A DNA stretch of 64,000 nt from Verrucomicrobiota bacterium (GTDB taxonomy: Bacteria; Verrucomicrobiota; Verrucomicrobiia; Opitutales; Opitutaceae): contig JBEHYR010000007.1 of assembly GCA_048498075.1 (NCBI GenBank), positions 39,949 to 103,948 of the forward strand. Direction: 5' to 3'. The number at the start of each line of letters is the position of its first letter. The stretch's first letter is position 1. The position numbers were made by a program, and so were the translations under genes. Positions 1 to 10,926 of this stretch are shown here, piece by piece. Below the pieces are notes generated by a model, which worked only from the letters and a program-made list of their open reading frames with translations, ran no database searches and was not told where the DNA came from.

Positions 1-888
1 GACCTCGAGTCCGGCCGCATCTTCGATGACACCGTCGCTTACGGCGGCTGGCCGCTCGATCTCCATCCGCCCAGTGGCATCGATGCGATCGACGAGTGGC
101 CGTGCTCGCACACGCACCTCAAGCACCTCTACGGCATTCCGCTCCGTTCACTCTACTCGCGCAAGATCGGCAACCTCTTCCTCGCCGGCCGCAATATCAG
201 CGCCACGCACGTCGCGCTCGCCAGCACGCGCGTCATGGCGACCTGCGCCGTCCTCGGTCAGGCGATCGGCACCGCCGCTGCGCTCGCCGCGATTGCGGAC
301 GCACCGTCGATCAGTGCCCATTTTTCCGCGGAAAAAATTTCAGATCTCCAGCAACGCCTCCTCCGCGACGACGCGTTCCTCCCCAGCCTCCGCAACTCCG
401 ATCCCGCCGACCTCGCCCGCGCCGCCCGCATCGTCGCTTCCTCCGAATCGCCGCGCGGCAGCGCCGCGCAAATCGCCGATGGCATCACGCGCGCGCTCCT
501 CCCCACCTTCGGCCCTTGGTCCGACGATGCCACTCACCGTTGGGAATCCGCCACGCTTCCCGCGACAATCGAACTCGCCTGGTCCACGCCTCAATCCATC
601 GCGGAAATTCACCTCACGTTCGACTCCGGCTTCGAGCGCGAATTGACCCTCAGCGCCAGCGACGCCGCCTGCCGCAAAATGATCCGCGGCCCCCAGCCTG
701 AACTCGTGCGCGACTACGAACTCCTCCTCGATGACCGTGTCGTCGTGACCATGTCCGACAACATCCTCCGCAAACGTCTCCACCGGCTGCCCACTCCCGT
801 TCGCGCCACTCGTCTCCGTCTGGTCGTGAAATCCACCCATGGCGTGCCCGAGGCGCGCGTCTTTGAAATCCGTGCCTATGGCGCCTAG
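1..888 (+). CDS. FAD-dependent oxidoreductase (FAD_oxidored-like), C-terminal part with a discoidin-like tail; 5'-truncated by the window edge
   Basis: Frame 1 is open from base 1: DDTVAYGGWPLDLHPPSG...YGIPLRSLYSRKIGNLFLAGRNISATHVALASTRVMATCAVLGQAIGTAAA, a motif run typical of this family. Confidence 0.85.
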   Translation, partial: DLESGRIFDDTVAYGGWPLDLHPPSGIDAIDEWPCSHTHLKHLYGIPLRSLYSRKIGNLFLAGRNISATHVALASTRVMATCAVLGQAIGTAAALAAIADAPSISAHFSAEKISDLQQRLLRDDAFLPSLRNSDPADLARAARIVASSESPRGSAAQIADGITRALLPTFGPWSDDATHRWESATLPATIELAWSTPQSIAEIHLTFDSGFERELTLSASDAACRKMIRGPQPELVRDYELLLDDRVVVTMSDNILRKRLHRLPTPVRATRLRLVVKSTHGVPEARVFEIRAYGA

Positions 889-2209
889 TTCTTCGCTGTT
901 CATTCTTCGCCGGGTCGTCGTCTTCGCGCTGCTCTTTCCTCTGCACGCCGCCGCCGCCGAACCCGAACTCCACGTCCGCTCGGGTCTCCCCCATCTCGCC
1001 GCGCTCGCGCGCGATTCCTCCGCGACCGGCGAACTCCGCGTGGCCTATCTCGGCGGCAGCATCACCGCCGCCGCCGACGGCTGGCGTTCGCTCACGACCG
1101 AACACCTCCAGAAACTCTTTCCCAAACTCACGCTCATCGAAATTCCCGCGGGCCTGCCCGGCACCGGCTCCAACCTCGGCGCCTGTCGCGTCGGATACGA
1201 TGTCCTGCGCCACCGCCCCGATCTCCTCTTCGTCGAGTTCGCCGTCAACGACACCGGTGTCTCCGCCGACCGCATCGAGCGCACGATCGAAGGCATCGTC
1301 CGTCAAACCCGCCGCGCGAATCCGCAGACCGACCTCTGCTTCATCTACACCGTTTCCGCCCCCGGCCTTCCCGAACTCGAAGCGGGAAATTTCCCTCCCG
1401 CCGCGCGCGCCATGGAAACGGTGGCCGCCCACTACGGCATTCCTTCGCTCCACCTGGGAGTCGAGATCGCGCGCCGTGTTTCCGCCCACGCGCTCGATTT
1501 CAAAAACCCCTCCGCTCCCGCGTCCTCGCGCACCTTTTCCCTCGACGGAGTGCATCCCACCGCCGCCGGCCATCGGATCTACGCGGAAGTGATCGCGCGT
1601 TCGCTTCCCGCCCTCCTCGCTCCTCGTAGCGGAACGCGCGGGCGTTTCGTCCGGGTAGCCGAAGCGCCCACGCGTTCCGCCACACCGGATCGGTCTCCCG
1701 CGCTCCCGCCGCCGCTGCACGCCGACAATTGGGAAACCGCCACGCTGATCCTGCTCGATCACGCCGTTCGCACCGGCGACTGGACGCCCGTCGCACCCGA
1801 TGACCCCAATCTCCGCGGCGCCACCAAACACCTCCTCCCGCCCGCCTGGCGCGCCGCCACGCCGGGCGCCGCGATCGAGTTTACTTTCACCGGCCGGCAC
1901 TTCGGCCTCCTCGGCATCGCCGCGCCCGACAGCGGAAATTTCGCTGTCACGATCGACGATCTCCCGTCCGTCACGGCGACGTTCTTCGACGCCTACGCGA
2001 CTCCGACCTTCTGCCGCCAGCGCGAATGGTTTTTCCCCACCGCACTCGCCGCCGGCTCGCACCGCGCGCGTATCGAGCTTCTGGCCACACCCGTCGACAA
2101 AGCCGCCGTCAAGGCCGCCGTCGGGAAATCGCTGACTGATCCCGAGCCCTTCGCCGCGCAGCGCCTCACGCTCTGCGGAGCGCTCGTGGTCGGCTCCACG
2201 TCGCCGTGA
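878..2209 (+). CDS. Secreted SGNH/GDSL hydrolase (esterase)
   Basis: Signal peptide, then blocks VAYLGGSIT, GTGS, VEFAVND and DGVHP. ATG at 878 overlaps the upstream stop. Confidence 0.85.
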   Translation: MAPSSSLFILRRVVVFALLFPLHAAAAEPELHVRSGLPHLAALARDSSATGELRVAYLGGSITAAADGWRSLTTEHLQKLFPKLTLIEIPAGLPGTGSNLGACRVGYDVLRHRPDLLFVEFAVNDTGVSADRIERTIEGIVRQTRRANPQTDLCFIYTVSAPGLPELEAGNFPPAARAMETVAAHYGIPSLHLGVEIARRVSAHALDFKNPSAPASSRTFSLDGVHPTAAGHRIYAEVIARSLPALLAPRSGTRGRFVRVAEAPTRSATPDRSPALPPPLHADNWETATLILLDHAVRTGDWTPVAPDDPNLRGATKHLLPPAWRAATPGAAIEFTFTGRHFGLLGIAAPDSGNFAVTIDDLPSVTATFFDAYATPTFCRQREWFFPTALAAGSHRARIELLATPVDKAAVKAAVGKSLTDPEPFAAQRLTLCGALVVGSTSP

Positions 2210-2271
2210 CCGCCGCCCTTCGCACCTCGTCATTGCGCCGGCCGCGCCAGTCGACTGAAATCGTTCAGTCG

Positions 2272-3309
2272 ATGAGCACACCTCCCCGCTGCACGATCAA
2301 GGACATCGCCGCAAAGGCGGGCGTCGCCGTCTCGACCGTTTCCTACGCGCTGCGCAAGCACCCGAGCATCCCGCCCGAAACCTGTGCCCGCATCCGCGCC
2401 GTCGCCGACAAGCTCGGCTACCGCCCCGATCCGCAAATCTCCGCGTTGATGGCGCACATCGGCCGCGGCCGCGCCGTGCCCTCCGCCGGTCGCATCGCGC
2501 TCGTGTGGATGCAAGGCCGGCGCACCCTCACGCGCACCGAGGACTTCTTCGTGCAAATGCGCGAGGGCGCCGCGGCTCGCGCCCAACTGCGCGGTTATCA
2601 CCTCGAGGAATTCTGGCCCGCCGAGGACCGCCTCAGCGCCGCGCGGCTCTCCGCCATCCTGCGGGCCCGCGGAATCAGCAGCGTGATTTTCTCGCCCAAC
2701 ATCGAGGGAGTCACCGCCGACTACCCGCTCGCGTGGGAACACTTCGCCTGCGTCGTTCTCGGTCACGCACGCTGGCCCGTCGAGTTGCACCGCGTCGCGC
2801 ACGATCACTACCACGCCGTCTGCGAGTGCCTCCAACGCATGACCGCCGCCGGCTCGGAGCGGCCCGCGATCGTCCTCACCGAGGAAATCAATCAGCGCAC
2901 CGACAGCGCGGTGAAAGCCGCCTTCATGACGCACCATCCTAACGAGGCGAAAGCCCGCGGGCTCATCTACGCGCTCGATCAACGCGGCGCACGCGAGTTC
3001 CCCGCCTGGCTGCGCGCCCACGAACCCGACGGCGTGCTCCTGCTCCGGCGCGAGATGTGGAACGATCTTTCCTCGCCTCGCCTCGAAAAACTCCGCGCCG
3101 CCGGCCGCCTCTGGTGCGCCAACTGGCAGGCCGGCGATCCGCTCGCGCTGCCCGGCTTGCAACAACGCTATGATCTCGCCGCGCGCGCCGCCGTCGACCT
3201 CGTTACCGGGCTCGAGCAGAGCCGCAGCTTCGGTCTGCCGGACCATCCGCAATGCGTCCAGATTCGCGGCGACTGGCGCGAGCACCTGCCGCTCGCCCCC
3301 TCGCGCTGA
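2272..3309 (+). CDS. LacI-family transcriptional regulator
   Basis: N-terminal HTH TIKDIAAKAGVAVSTVSYALR...LGYRPDP. Alternative GTG start at 2206. Confidence 0.9.
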   Translation: MSTPPRCTIKDIAAKAGVAVSTVSYALRKHPSIPPETCARIRAVADKLGYRPDPQISALMAHIGRGRAVPSAGRIALVWMQGRRTLTRTEDFFVQMREGAAARAQLRGYHLEEFWPAEDRLSAARLSAILRARGISSVIFSPNIEGVTADYPLAWEHFACVVLGHARWPVELHRVAHDHYHAVCECLQRMTAAGSERPAIVLTEEINQRTDSAVKAAFMTHHPNEAKARGLIYALDQRGAREFPAWLRAHEPDGVLLLRREMWNDLSSPRLEKLRAAGRLWCANWQAGDPLALPGLQQRYDLAARAAVDLVTGLEQSRSFGLPDHPQCVQIRGDWREHLPLAPSR

Positions 3310-3383
3310 ACGTTTTCAGCGAGCTCCGGATTCGGGCCCGCTGCCGTTCGCGCTTTGCTTCTCCCGTTCCGCCCCACCCTCGC

Positions 3384-4589
3384 ATGACTCTTCCCCGTCG
3401 CAGCTGGTTCCTGCTCGCTCTGCTCTTCGGCATCGGGCTGCTCAACTACCTCGACCGCCAGACGCTCTCGATTCTCAAGGCCACGCTCAAGACGGAGCTG
3501 GCGCTGACCGACACGCATTACTCGTGGCTGGTGACGGCGTTCATGGCGCCTTACATTCTCTTCTACATCATCAGCGGTCGCCTCGTGGACCGCTTCGGCA
3601 CGCGCGCCAGCCTCGCCGCGTTCACCGCCGTGTGGTCGCTGGCCAATCTCCTCTCTGGCGTCGCGCAAAATTTCGCCGGACTCGCCGGCGCGCGCGCTCT
3701 GCTCGGGGCGGCGGAGCCCGGCGCGTTTCCCGCCATCCAGCGCGTGATGATGACGTGGTTTCCGAAAGAGCGTCGCGCCTTCGCCTGGAGTTTGCTCAGC
3801 CCGTGCACGACGGTGGGCGCGATCATTGCGCCGCCGCTCGTCGCGGCGCTCACCGGCTGGTGGAATTGGCATCTGGCTTTCGTGCTGCCCGGCATCGTCG
3901 GTCTCGGGCTCGCCGTCTCGTGGTGGTGTGCCGATCGCAACCCGCCCGATTTCCCGAGCGAAACGGAAGCCACGCTCGCCCCGCCGCCGCTGCGCGCCAT
4001 TCTCGAGGACCGGCGGGTCTGGCTGCTGCTGGTGGCGCGCGCCCTCACCGATCCGGTGTGGTATTTCCATCTGTTCTGGCTTCCCGGATACCTCCAGGAG
4101 CGGCTCGGCGTGTCGCTCACGCAGCTCGGCTGGATCGGATGGATTCCGTCGTTCGTGGCCTCGGCCGCGGTGATGGCGACCGGTCGCACCACGGACTATT
4201 TCGTCGCCCGTGGCCGGTCGCCGGTGAACGTGCGCGTCACGATGTTTGCCCTCGCCGCTGCGTTTGCGCCTTTGGGCGCGCTGACGACTTTCGCGCCGTC
4301 GATCGCCGTCGCGCTCCTGCTGATTTCCCTCGTGGCGATCGTTTGCCAGATCTGGTTTTTCGGCCAGGGCCTGCTCGTCGCGGATATTTTCCCCCGTCAC
4401 TCCGCCGCTACGATCGCCGGCCTGCTCGGCGCGGTCGGCGCGAGCGGCGGGTTGCTCATGAACCTGATCGCCGGTCCGCTCATCGAGCGCGCCGGCTACA
4501 TTCCGGTCTTCGCCACTCTCGCCTGTCTGCATCCGCTGGCGGCGGTGATGCTCTGGCGCGCGCGACCCCGTCTCATCCGCACCGCATGA
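3384..4589 (+). CDS. MFS transporter, ACS/ExuT (hexuronate-like) type
   Basis: LNYLDRQTLS, GRLVDRFGTR and GAAEPGAFP motifs; about 12 hydrophobic segments. Confidence 0.88.
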   Translation: MTLPRRSWFLLALLFGIGLLNYLDRQTLSILKATLKTELALTDTHYSWLVTAFMAPYILFYIISGRLVDRFGTRASLAAFTAVWSLANLLSGVAQNFAGLAGARALLGAAEPGAFPAIQRVMMTWFPKERRAFAWSLLSPCTTVGAIIAPPLVAALTGWWNWHLAFVLPGIVGLGLAVSWWCADRNPPDFPSETEATLAPPPLRAILEDRRVWLLLVARALTDPVWYFHLFWLPGYLQERLGVSLTQLGWIGWIPSFVASAAVMATGRTTDYFVARGRSPVNVRVTMFALAAAFAPLGALTTFAPSIAVALLLISLVAIVCQIWFFGQGLLVADIFPRHSAATIAGLLGAVGASGGLLMNLIAGPLIERAGYIPVFATLACLHPLAAVMLWRARPRLIRTA

Positions 4590-6859
4590 AACGCCTTTTC
4601 ACTCTGCTCTCCCTCGCCGCGGCGCTCTGCTCCGCCGCCGAGCCGAGTTGGCACGTGGCGCCGGCGCCGCTCGGCTCCGATGCGAACGACGGCAGCGCAT
4701 CCGCACCCTTCGCGAGCGTCGATCGCGCACGACTGGCAGTGCGAGCCTGGCTCGGAACGCACAATCAGCGCGATGACCTCGTCGTCGAGTTGCACGCGGC
4801 CACCTACGAACTCGCCGCGCCGGTGCGATTCGACCCCGAAGATTCGGGAGAAAATGGTTTCGCGGTCATCTATCGCGCTGCCAGCGGCGCAAACGCGATC
4901 CTCTCCGGCGGACGCCGCGTCGCCGGTTGGACCCGCGAGTCCGAAGACACCTTCCGCACCGACGTCGGTCGCAACGTCGATTTCCGTCAGCTTTGGATCG
5001 ATGGCCGCCGCGGTATTCGTGCTCGGAAGCCGAACGTCGGACTCGCCTTCAAATTTTCCACGGAAAAACAGATCGACGGCTTCGATGTTCCGCGGGAGCT
5101 GCTCGCCGACGTCGCCATCCGCCCCGGCGAAATCGAGTTTTCCGTGCCCGTCGCATGGATGCACAAGCGTCTCCGGCTCGCCCGGCTCACCGATAGCCCC
5201 GATCCGGGCAGCGTGCGGGCCGTGATCGAGCCCACGGAATGGGATGCAGTCACAAAGCAGCCGCAGGGTGACCTCGTATATCTCGGCCGGGACTACTGGC
5301 TCGAAAACGCCCGTGAGTTTCTCGATGCGCCCGGCGAGTTCTTCCTCGATCGACACGAAGGCACGCTGCGTTACCGCCCGCATCCCGGCGAAGACACCGC
5401 GTCGGCGGTCTTCATTCGCCCCGAGTTGGAAAATCTGATCGTCCTCGACGGCCGACTCCAGGCGCCGGTGCATCATCTCCGTTTCGAAGGCCTCACATTC
5501 GCCCACACGGGCTGGACGCGACCGAATCGCTTCGGCTTTGTGGATGTGCAGGCAAACTCACTCGTGCCAGCCGATCCAGCCGCCGCAGTCGATCCGCGCT
5601 ATCGGCACAACCAGCGCAAAGACCGCATCCCCGCGGCATTTCAGGCGACGACGGCGGATCACATCGTCGTGCGGGGCTGTCGTTTCGAGCATCTCGGCGG
5701 CACAGGCGTGATGTTCACGCACGGCGGAGACGACAACGTGATCGAGGGAAATTCCTTTTTCGATCTGGCGGCCGGCGGCATCGAACTCGGCGAGGACGCC
5801 GCCCGGCCGGATACTCCGCGGCTCGTCCCGCGGCACAATCGCATCGCGAACAATTTCCTCAGCCACGTCGGCGAGGACTATTTCGGCTCGATCGCGATCC
5901 TCGGCTACTACACGGACGCGTCGCTCATCGTGCACAACGAAATCGCCGCGCTCCCCTACACCGCGATCAGCCAGGGTTGGGGCTGGGGCAATCCACCCGC
6001 ACCGCCCGAATCGCGCGCGAACCGGATCACGCACAATCGCATCTTCAACTTCATGCGCCGGGTCGATGACGGCGGCGGTATTTACACGACCGATCGCCAG
6101 CCCGGATCGGAAATTTCCTTCAACGTCATCGACGGCATGCGCACCCCCGATCCGCACACCAAGGCCGGTGGCGCGCTCTATCTCGATCAGTTCACGTCTG
6201 GTTTTCATGTGCACCACAACGTCGTCGCGGATTCCGTTCGCTGGCTCTATCTCTGGAACCCGAACATCCGCGACAACCGCGTGGACTCAAACTACGCGGA
6301 CACCGCCGCGCAGCGGAATGACGGCACCGACAACGTGGTCGAAGCCGTGCACGTCGTCGCGGATCGGCGCTGGCCGAAGGAGGCTCAGGCCATCGTCTCC
6401 GGCTCGGGGCTGGAGCCGGAATTCGCGCAAGCTCGCCGATTCGGCGATGAGCGGGAAATCATCGTTGAAAGCACGAGCGTCGATTTCCAGAGCCTCGCCG
6501 GTGAGTGGCACATCGTCGCCATGCCTCGGGGCGGCTATGGTGGAACCTGCCGTGAGTCGACCGACCCAGCCGCGACCGCGCGCTGGCTGCCGATTCTGCC
6601 CCGCACGGGCGTCTACGAAGTCGCAGTTTGGCTACCGAGCGGCTCCGCCGCCGCCGACTACACGATCCGGCATGCGGCCGGTGAAACGCACGTCGGCATT
6701 CCTTCGACGAAGGACGCCACAATCGCCGGCTGGCAATCGCTCGGACGGCACGCGTTGGCCGCAGGCTTCGGGTCGGAGGTTCGAATCGCCGCGCCTGCGC
6801 AAGCCACGGCACCGCTTCGCGCAGACGCGATCCGCTTCGTGAGCGTGGACGCGAATTAG
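4586..6859 (+). CDS. Secreted right-handed beta-helix protein (GH141-like) with a C-terminal golvesin/xanthan-lyase-type CBM-like domain
   Basis: Signal MKRLFTLLSLAAALCSA; GSDANDGSASAPFAS start; beta-helix repeats; DDGGGIYT; ARWLPILPRTGVYEVAVW tail. ATGA overlap with the MFS stop. Confidence 0.75.
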   Translation: MKRLFTLLSLAAALCSAAEPSWHVAPAPLGSDANDGSASAPFASVDRARLAVRAWLGTHNQRDDLVVELHAATYELAAPVRFDPEDSGENGFAVIYRAASGANAILSGGRRVAGWTRESEDTFRTDVGRNVDFRQLWIDGRRGIRARKPNVGLAFKFSTEKQIDGFDVPRELLADVAIRPGEIEFSVPVAWMHKRLRLARLTDSPDPGSVRAVIEPTEWDAVTKQPQGDLVYLGRDYWLENAREFLDAPGEFFLDRHEGTLRYRPHPGEDTASAVFIRPELENLIVLDGRLQAPVHHLRFEGLTFAHTGWTRPNRFGFVDVQANSLVPADPAAAVDPRYRHNQRKDRIPAAFQATTADHIVVRGCRFEHLGGTGVMFTHGGDDNVIEGNSFFDLAAGGIELGEDAARPDTPRLVPRHNRIANNFLSHVGEDYFGSIAILGYYTDASLIVHNEIAALPYTAISQGWGWGNPPAPPESRANRITHNRIFNFMRRVDDGGGIYTTDRQPGSEISFNVIDGMRTPDPHTKAGGALYLDQFTSGFHVHHNVVADSVRWLYLWNPNIRDNRVDSNYADTAAQRNDGTDNVVEAVHVVADRRWPKEAQAIVSGSGLEPEFAQARRFGDEREIIVESTSVDFQSLAGEWHIVAMPRGGYGGTCRESTDPAATARWLPILPRTGVYEVAVWLPSGSAAADYTIRHAAGETHVGIPSTKDATIAGWQSLGRHALAAGFGSEVRIAAPAQATAPLRADAIRFVSVDAN

Positions 6860-6864
6860 CCGCG

Positions 6865-6891
6865 AAAAAGGCCCGCGTTTGCACGCGGGCC
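6865..6891 (-). terminator. Intrinsic terminator of the metK-ahcY operon
   Basis: GGCCCGCGT-TTGC-ACGCGGGCC stem, followed by TTTTT on the minus strand. Confidence 0.75.
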
Positions 6892-6937
6892 CCGGGCTAC
6901 AGGAAGCGAGACGGCTGAGGTCAGCCGCGACTCGCGC

Positions 6938-8398
6938 TCAGTAGCGGTAATGCTCCGGCTTATACGGCCCGTCGACCGGCACGCCGAGATAGGCGGCCTG
7001 ATCCGAAGTGAGCTTCGTGAGCTTCGCGCCGATTTTATCGAGGTGAAGTCGGGCGACTTCCTCGTCGAGGTGTTTCGGCAGCCGATACACGCCGACCGCG
7101 TAGGTGTCCTTGTTTTTCCAGAGGTCGATCTGCGCGAGCGTCTGGTTCGTGAAGCTGTTCGACATGACGAACGAGGGATGGCCCGTCGCGCAGCCGAGGT
7201 TCACGAGGCGGCCCTCGGCGAGCATGTAGAGGCTGTTCCCCTTCGGAAACGTATACATGTCGTATTGCGGCTTGATGTTGATGCGCTTCGCGTCGGATTC
7301 GTTCAGCCGGCTGACCTGGATTTCGTTATCGAAGTGGCCGATGTTACAAACGATCGCCTGGTCCTTCATCTTCCGCATGTGCTCGAGCGTGATGATGTCC
7401 TTGTTGCCGGTCGTCGTGACGTAGATGTCGGCGGTGCCGAGCGTGGACTCGATCGTGTTGACCTCGAAACCCTCCATCGCCGCCTGCAGCGCGTTGATCG
7501 GATCGATCTCGGTGACGATGACGCGCGCGCCGAAACCTTTCAGCGAATGCGCCGAGCCCTTGCCCACGTCGCCGTATCCACAAACGCACGCGACCTTGCC
7601 GGCGATCATGACGTCGGTGGCGCGCTTGAGGCCGTCGGCGAGCGATTCGCGGCAGCCGTAGAGATTGTCGAATTTCGACTTCGTGACCGAGTCGTTGACG
7701 TTGATCGCGGGCACGCGGAGTTTGCCCTTCTCGAGCATCTGGTAGAGGCGGTGCACGCCGGTCGTCGTCTCCTCGGAAACGCCGCGCCACTCCTTCGCGA
7801 GGTTCGTCCAACGCTTCGGGTCTTCTTTGCGCACGCGCTTGAGGACGTTCTTGATGACCTGCTCCTCGTGCGAGCCGGAAGGCGTGTTGACCCAGTCGCT
7901 GCCCTCTTCGAGTTCGCAGCCCTTGTGAATGAGCAGCGTGACATCGCCGCCGTCGTCGACGACGAGTTGCGGGCCCTTGCCGCCGGGAAACGAAATCGCG
8001 CGCAGCGTGAGATCCCAGTATTCCTCGAGCGTCTCGCCCTTCCAGGCGAAGACCGGCGTGCCGGTCGCGGCGATCGCGGAAGCGGCGTGATCCTGCGTGG
8101 AGAAGATGTTGCACGAGGCCCAGCGCACGTCGGCGCCGAGTTCCTTCAGCGTCTCGATCAGCACCGCGGTCTGGATCGTCATGTGCAACGAGCCGGTGAT
8201 GCGGACGCCGGCGAGCGGTTTCTTCGGACCGAATTTTTTGCGGACGGCGAGGAGGCCGGGCATTTCGTGCTCGGCGACGGAGATCTCTTTGCGGCCCCAC
8301 TCGGCGAGAGAGATGTCTTTGACTTGGTAGTCGGGAGCGGCGGCGGTCTTCGCGGACACGCGCACGACTTTGGCAGGTTTAACCAGGAGAGTGCTCAT
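6938..8398 (-). CDS. ahcY: S-adenosylhomocysteine hydrolase
   Basis: [73 protein letters not shown]. Confidence 0.98.
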   Translation of the reverse strand: MSTLLVKPAKVVRVSAKTAAAPDYQVKDISLAEWGRKEISVAEHEMPGLLAVRKKFGPKKPLAGVRITGSLHMTIQTAVLIETLKELGADVRWASCNIFSTQDHAASAIAATGTPVFAWKGETLEEYWDLTLRAISFPGGKGPQLVVDDGGDVTLLIHKGCELEEGSDWVNTPSGSHEEQVIKNVLKRVRKEDPKRWTNLAKEWRGVSEETTTGVHRLYQMLEKGKLRVPAINVNDSVTKSKFDNLYGCRESLADGLKRATDVMIAGKVACVCGYGDVGKGSAHSLKGFGARVIVTEIDPINALQAAMEGFEVNTIESTLGTADIYVTTTGNKDIITLEHMRKMKDQAIVCNIGHFDNEIQVSRLNESDAKRINIKPQYDMYTFPKGNSLYMLAEGRLVNLGCATGHPSFVMSNSFTNQTLAQIDLWKNKDTYAVGVYRLPKHLDEEVARLHLDKIGAKLTKLTSDQAAYLGVPVDGPYKPEHYRY

Positions 8399-8416
8399 CG
8401 ATGAATTTAATCAGGC

Positions 8417-9598
8417 TCAGGCTTTGGCTTTGATGGCGTCGCGGAGTGCGGCGGCCTTGTTGGTTTTTTCCCACGGCAGACCCGCCTTGCCGAAGTGGCC
8501 GTAGTTCGTCGTCTGGCGATAGATCGGCCGGAGCAGGTCGAGCTGGGCAACGATGTCGGCGGGTTTGAAGCTGAAAACTTTCTGGACCGCGGCGGTGATT
8601 TGCTCGTCGGAAATGCCGAGCTTCGCCGTGCCGAAGGTCTCGACGCGCACCGAGACCGGCTGCGGGTGCCCGATGGCGTAGGCGAACTGGATCTCGGAGT
8701 GCGTGGCGAGGCCGGCGGCGATGATGTTCTTCGCGACCCAGCGGCCCATATAGGCGGCCGAGCGGTCGACCTTCGACGGATCCTTGCCCGAGAACGCGCC
8801 GCCGCCGTGGCGGCCCCAGCCACCGTAGGTATCGACAATGATCTTACGGCCGGTGAGCCCGGAGTCGCCCTGCGGCCCGCCCACGACGAAGCGGCCGGTG
8901 GGGTTGATGAGAAACTCGCTGCGCTTCGTGAGCATTTCCGCCGGGATCACCTTGCGGACGACGTTCTCGATGAGGAACGCCTCGATCTTCGCGTGCTCGA
9001 CGTCCGCCGTGTGCTGGGTGGAGATCACGACGTTCACGACCTCCACCGGTTTGTCGTTTTCGTAACGGATCGAGACTTGGGATTTCGCGTCGGGGCGAAG
9101 CCAGTTCACCTCGCCGCTTTTGCGGATTTTCGTGAGTTCACGACCGAGCCGGTGCGCGAAAATAATCGGCGTCGGCATCAACTCCGGCGTCTCGCTGCAC
9201 GCGTAGCCGAACATGATGCCCTGGTCGCCGGCGCCCTGCTCGGCGGTTTTCTTGCCCTTGGCTTTTTTCGCATCGACGCCCTGCGCGATGTCCGGCGACT
9301 GACGCGTGAGGTAGTTATTAATGAAGACCGTGTCGGCGTGGAAGACGTCGTCGCTGTTGACGTAGCCGATGTCGCGAATCGCGTCGCGCACCACGGCCTC
9401 GTAATTCAGCTTGGCCTTCGTGGTGATCTCGCCCGCGAGAATCACCATGTTGGATTTCACCATCGTCTCGCAGGCGACACGGCTGGTGCGATCCTGCGCG
9501 AGGCAGGCATCGAGAACGCTGTCGGAGATCAAGTCCGCGACCTTATCGGGATGCCCTTCGCCCACGGACTCGGAGGAAAACACGAATGAATTTGCCAT
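8417..9598 (-). CDS. metK: S-adenosylmethionine synthetase
   Basis: [58 protein letters not shown]. Confidence 0.98.
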   Translation of the reverse strand: MANSFVFSSESVGEGHPDKVADLISDSVLDACLAQDRTSRVACETMVKSNMVILAGEITTKAKLNYEAVVRDAIRDIGYVNSDDVFHADTVFINNYLTRQSPDIAQGVDAKKAKGKKTAEQGAGDQGIMFGYACSETPELMPTPIIFAHRLGRELTKIRKSGEVNWLRPDAKSQVSIRYENDKPVEVVNVVISTQHTADVEHAKIEAFLIENVVRKVIPAEMLTKRSEFLINPTGRFVVGGPQGDSGLTGRKIIVDTYGGWGRHGGGAFSGKDPSKVDRSAAYMGRWVAKNIIAAGLATHSEIQFAYAIGHPQPVSVRVETFGTAKLGISDEQITAAVQKVFSFKPADIVAQLDLLRPIYRQTTNYGHFGKAGLPWEKTNKAAALRDAIKAKA

Positions 9599-9783
9599 AG
9601 AGGAGTGCCCGACAAAAGCGCGGCCAGTCCCGCACGCAAGCTGAATATCAACATATTCGCATTACCTGATGCATCAGCGAGGGGAACCACGACGGCGCGT
9701 ATCGAGCTTAACTGAACCCTTGCGTGCGCCGATAGCGGCTCCAAATGTTCGCCCTCGCCGCGGAGCCTGTTGCCGCAAACTTG

Positions 9784-10926
9784 ATGGAGCCTTCTTCCCA
9801 GACCCCCGCGCCCCAACTCACGGGTCGGAAAATTCTGATCGTCGACGATGATCGGCTGAATATCCGCATCTTGAGCGGAATCCTCAAAACCCAGGGCTAT
9901 ACCCTGGCTGAGGCCGATACGGGCGAAAAAGGCCTCGAGATCTACGCCGCCTTCAAACCCAATCTCGTTCTCCTCGATGTGATGATGCCCGGCATCAACG
10001 GTTTCGACACCTGCCGCGCGCTCAAGAAGATCTATGGCGACGACTGTGCGCCGGTTGTTTTTATCACGGCGAAGAACGAATCGGACGACGTGGTCGAGGG
10101 TCTCTCCGCGGGTGGCGTCGACTACCTGCCGAAGCCGTTTCGCACCAAGGAGGTCGTCGCCCGGATTCGCACCCATCTGCATAGCCAGATGCTGGCGGAG
10201 CAGCAAAAGAGCCTCGTCGAACAGTTGAGCAAGGCCGACGCCGCCAAAAACCGCTTCCTCGGCATGGCCGCGCACGATTTGCGCAACCCCCTCGCGTCGA
10301 TCCGCGGCCTCGCCGAATTCCTTCGCGACGGGGTCGTCGGCGAACTCACTCCCGACCAGCTCGACCTCATCAACACCATCCACACCGCCAGCCAGTCGAT
10401 GCTTCAGCTCGTCAACGAACTTCTCGACGTCGCCACGATCGAATCGGGAGAACTCAAGATTTCACCGGAGCCCCAGAACATCTCCGACTTGATCGAGAAG
10501 TGCGTCTATCTCGCCAACATCGACGCCGCAAAAAAGAACACGCGCGTGGTGTTCACGCCGCCGGCCATTCGGCCGCAACCCTCGATCGACGGCGCCAAAA
10601 TCCGCCAGGTCGTCGACAACCTCATCAGCAACGCCGCGAAATATTCGCCACCGGGCTCGACCATCACGATCGAGCTGCACGCCGACGACCAGTCCTGCAG
10701 CTTCGGTGTACAGGATCAGGGGCCGGGCATTCCGGAAAACGAGCGCGACAAGCTCTTCAAGGATTTCGGCCGCCTCTCCGTGAAACCCACCGCCGGCGAG
10801 AAAAGCACCGGCTTGGGCCTCGCCATCTGCCGCAAGATTGTCGAGGCTCACCGCGGTACCATCGTCGCGGAAAATCTCGCTGGTCGCGGCTGCGAATTTC
10901 GCGTCACACTCCCTCTCGCCCCATGA
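9784..10926 (+). CDS. Cytoplasmic hybrid kinase (REC-HisKA-HATPase)
   Basis: ILIVDDD...LLDVMMPGING receiver; AAHDLRNPL H-box; NLISNAAKYS, DQGPGIP, TGLGLAIC; no TM segment. Confidence 0.92.
   Translation: MEPSSQTPAPQLTGRKILIVDDDRLNIRILSGILKTQGYTLAEADTGEKGLEIYAAFKPNLVLLDVMMPGINGFDTCRALKKIYGDDCAPVVFITAKNESDDVVEGLSAGGVDYLPKPFRTKEVVARIRTHLHSQMLAEQQKSLVEQLSKADAAKNRFLGMAAHDLRNPLASIRGLAEFLRDGVVGELTPDQLDLINTIHTASQSMLQLVNELLDVATIESGELKISPEPQNISDLIEKCVYLANIDAAKKNTRVVFTPPAIRPQPSIDGAKIRQVVDNLISNAAKYSPPGSTITIELHADDQSCSFGVQDQGPGIPENERDKLFKDFGRLSVKPTAGEKSTGLGLAICRKIVEAHRGTIVAENLAGRGCEFRVTLPLAP

Noticed and set aside
3170-6859. 1229-aa ORF suggesting a giant fusion
   Set aside because: The first 472 codons are an off-frame shadow of the MFS gene; the real protein starts at ATG 4586 with a signal peptide
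9599-9783. SAM riboswitch upstream of metK
   Set aside because: No SAM-I/II/V core motifs could be found by eye; an Rfam scan would be decisive
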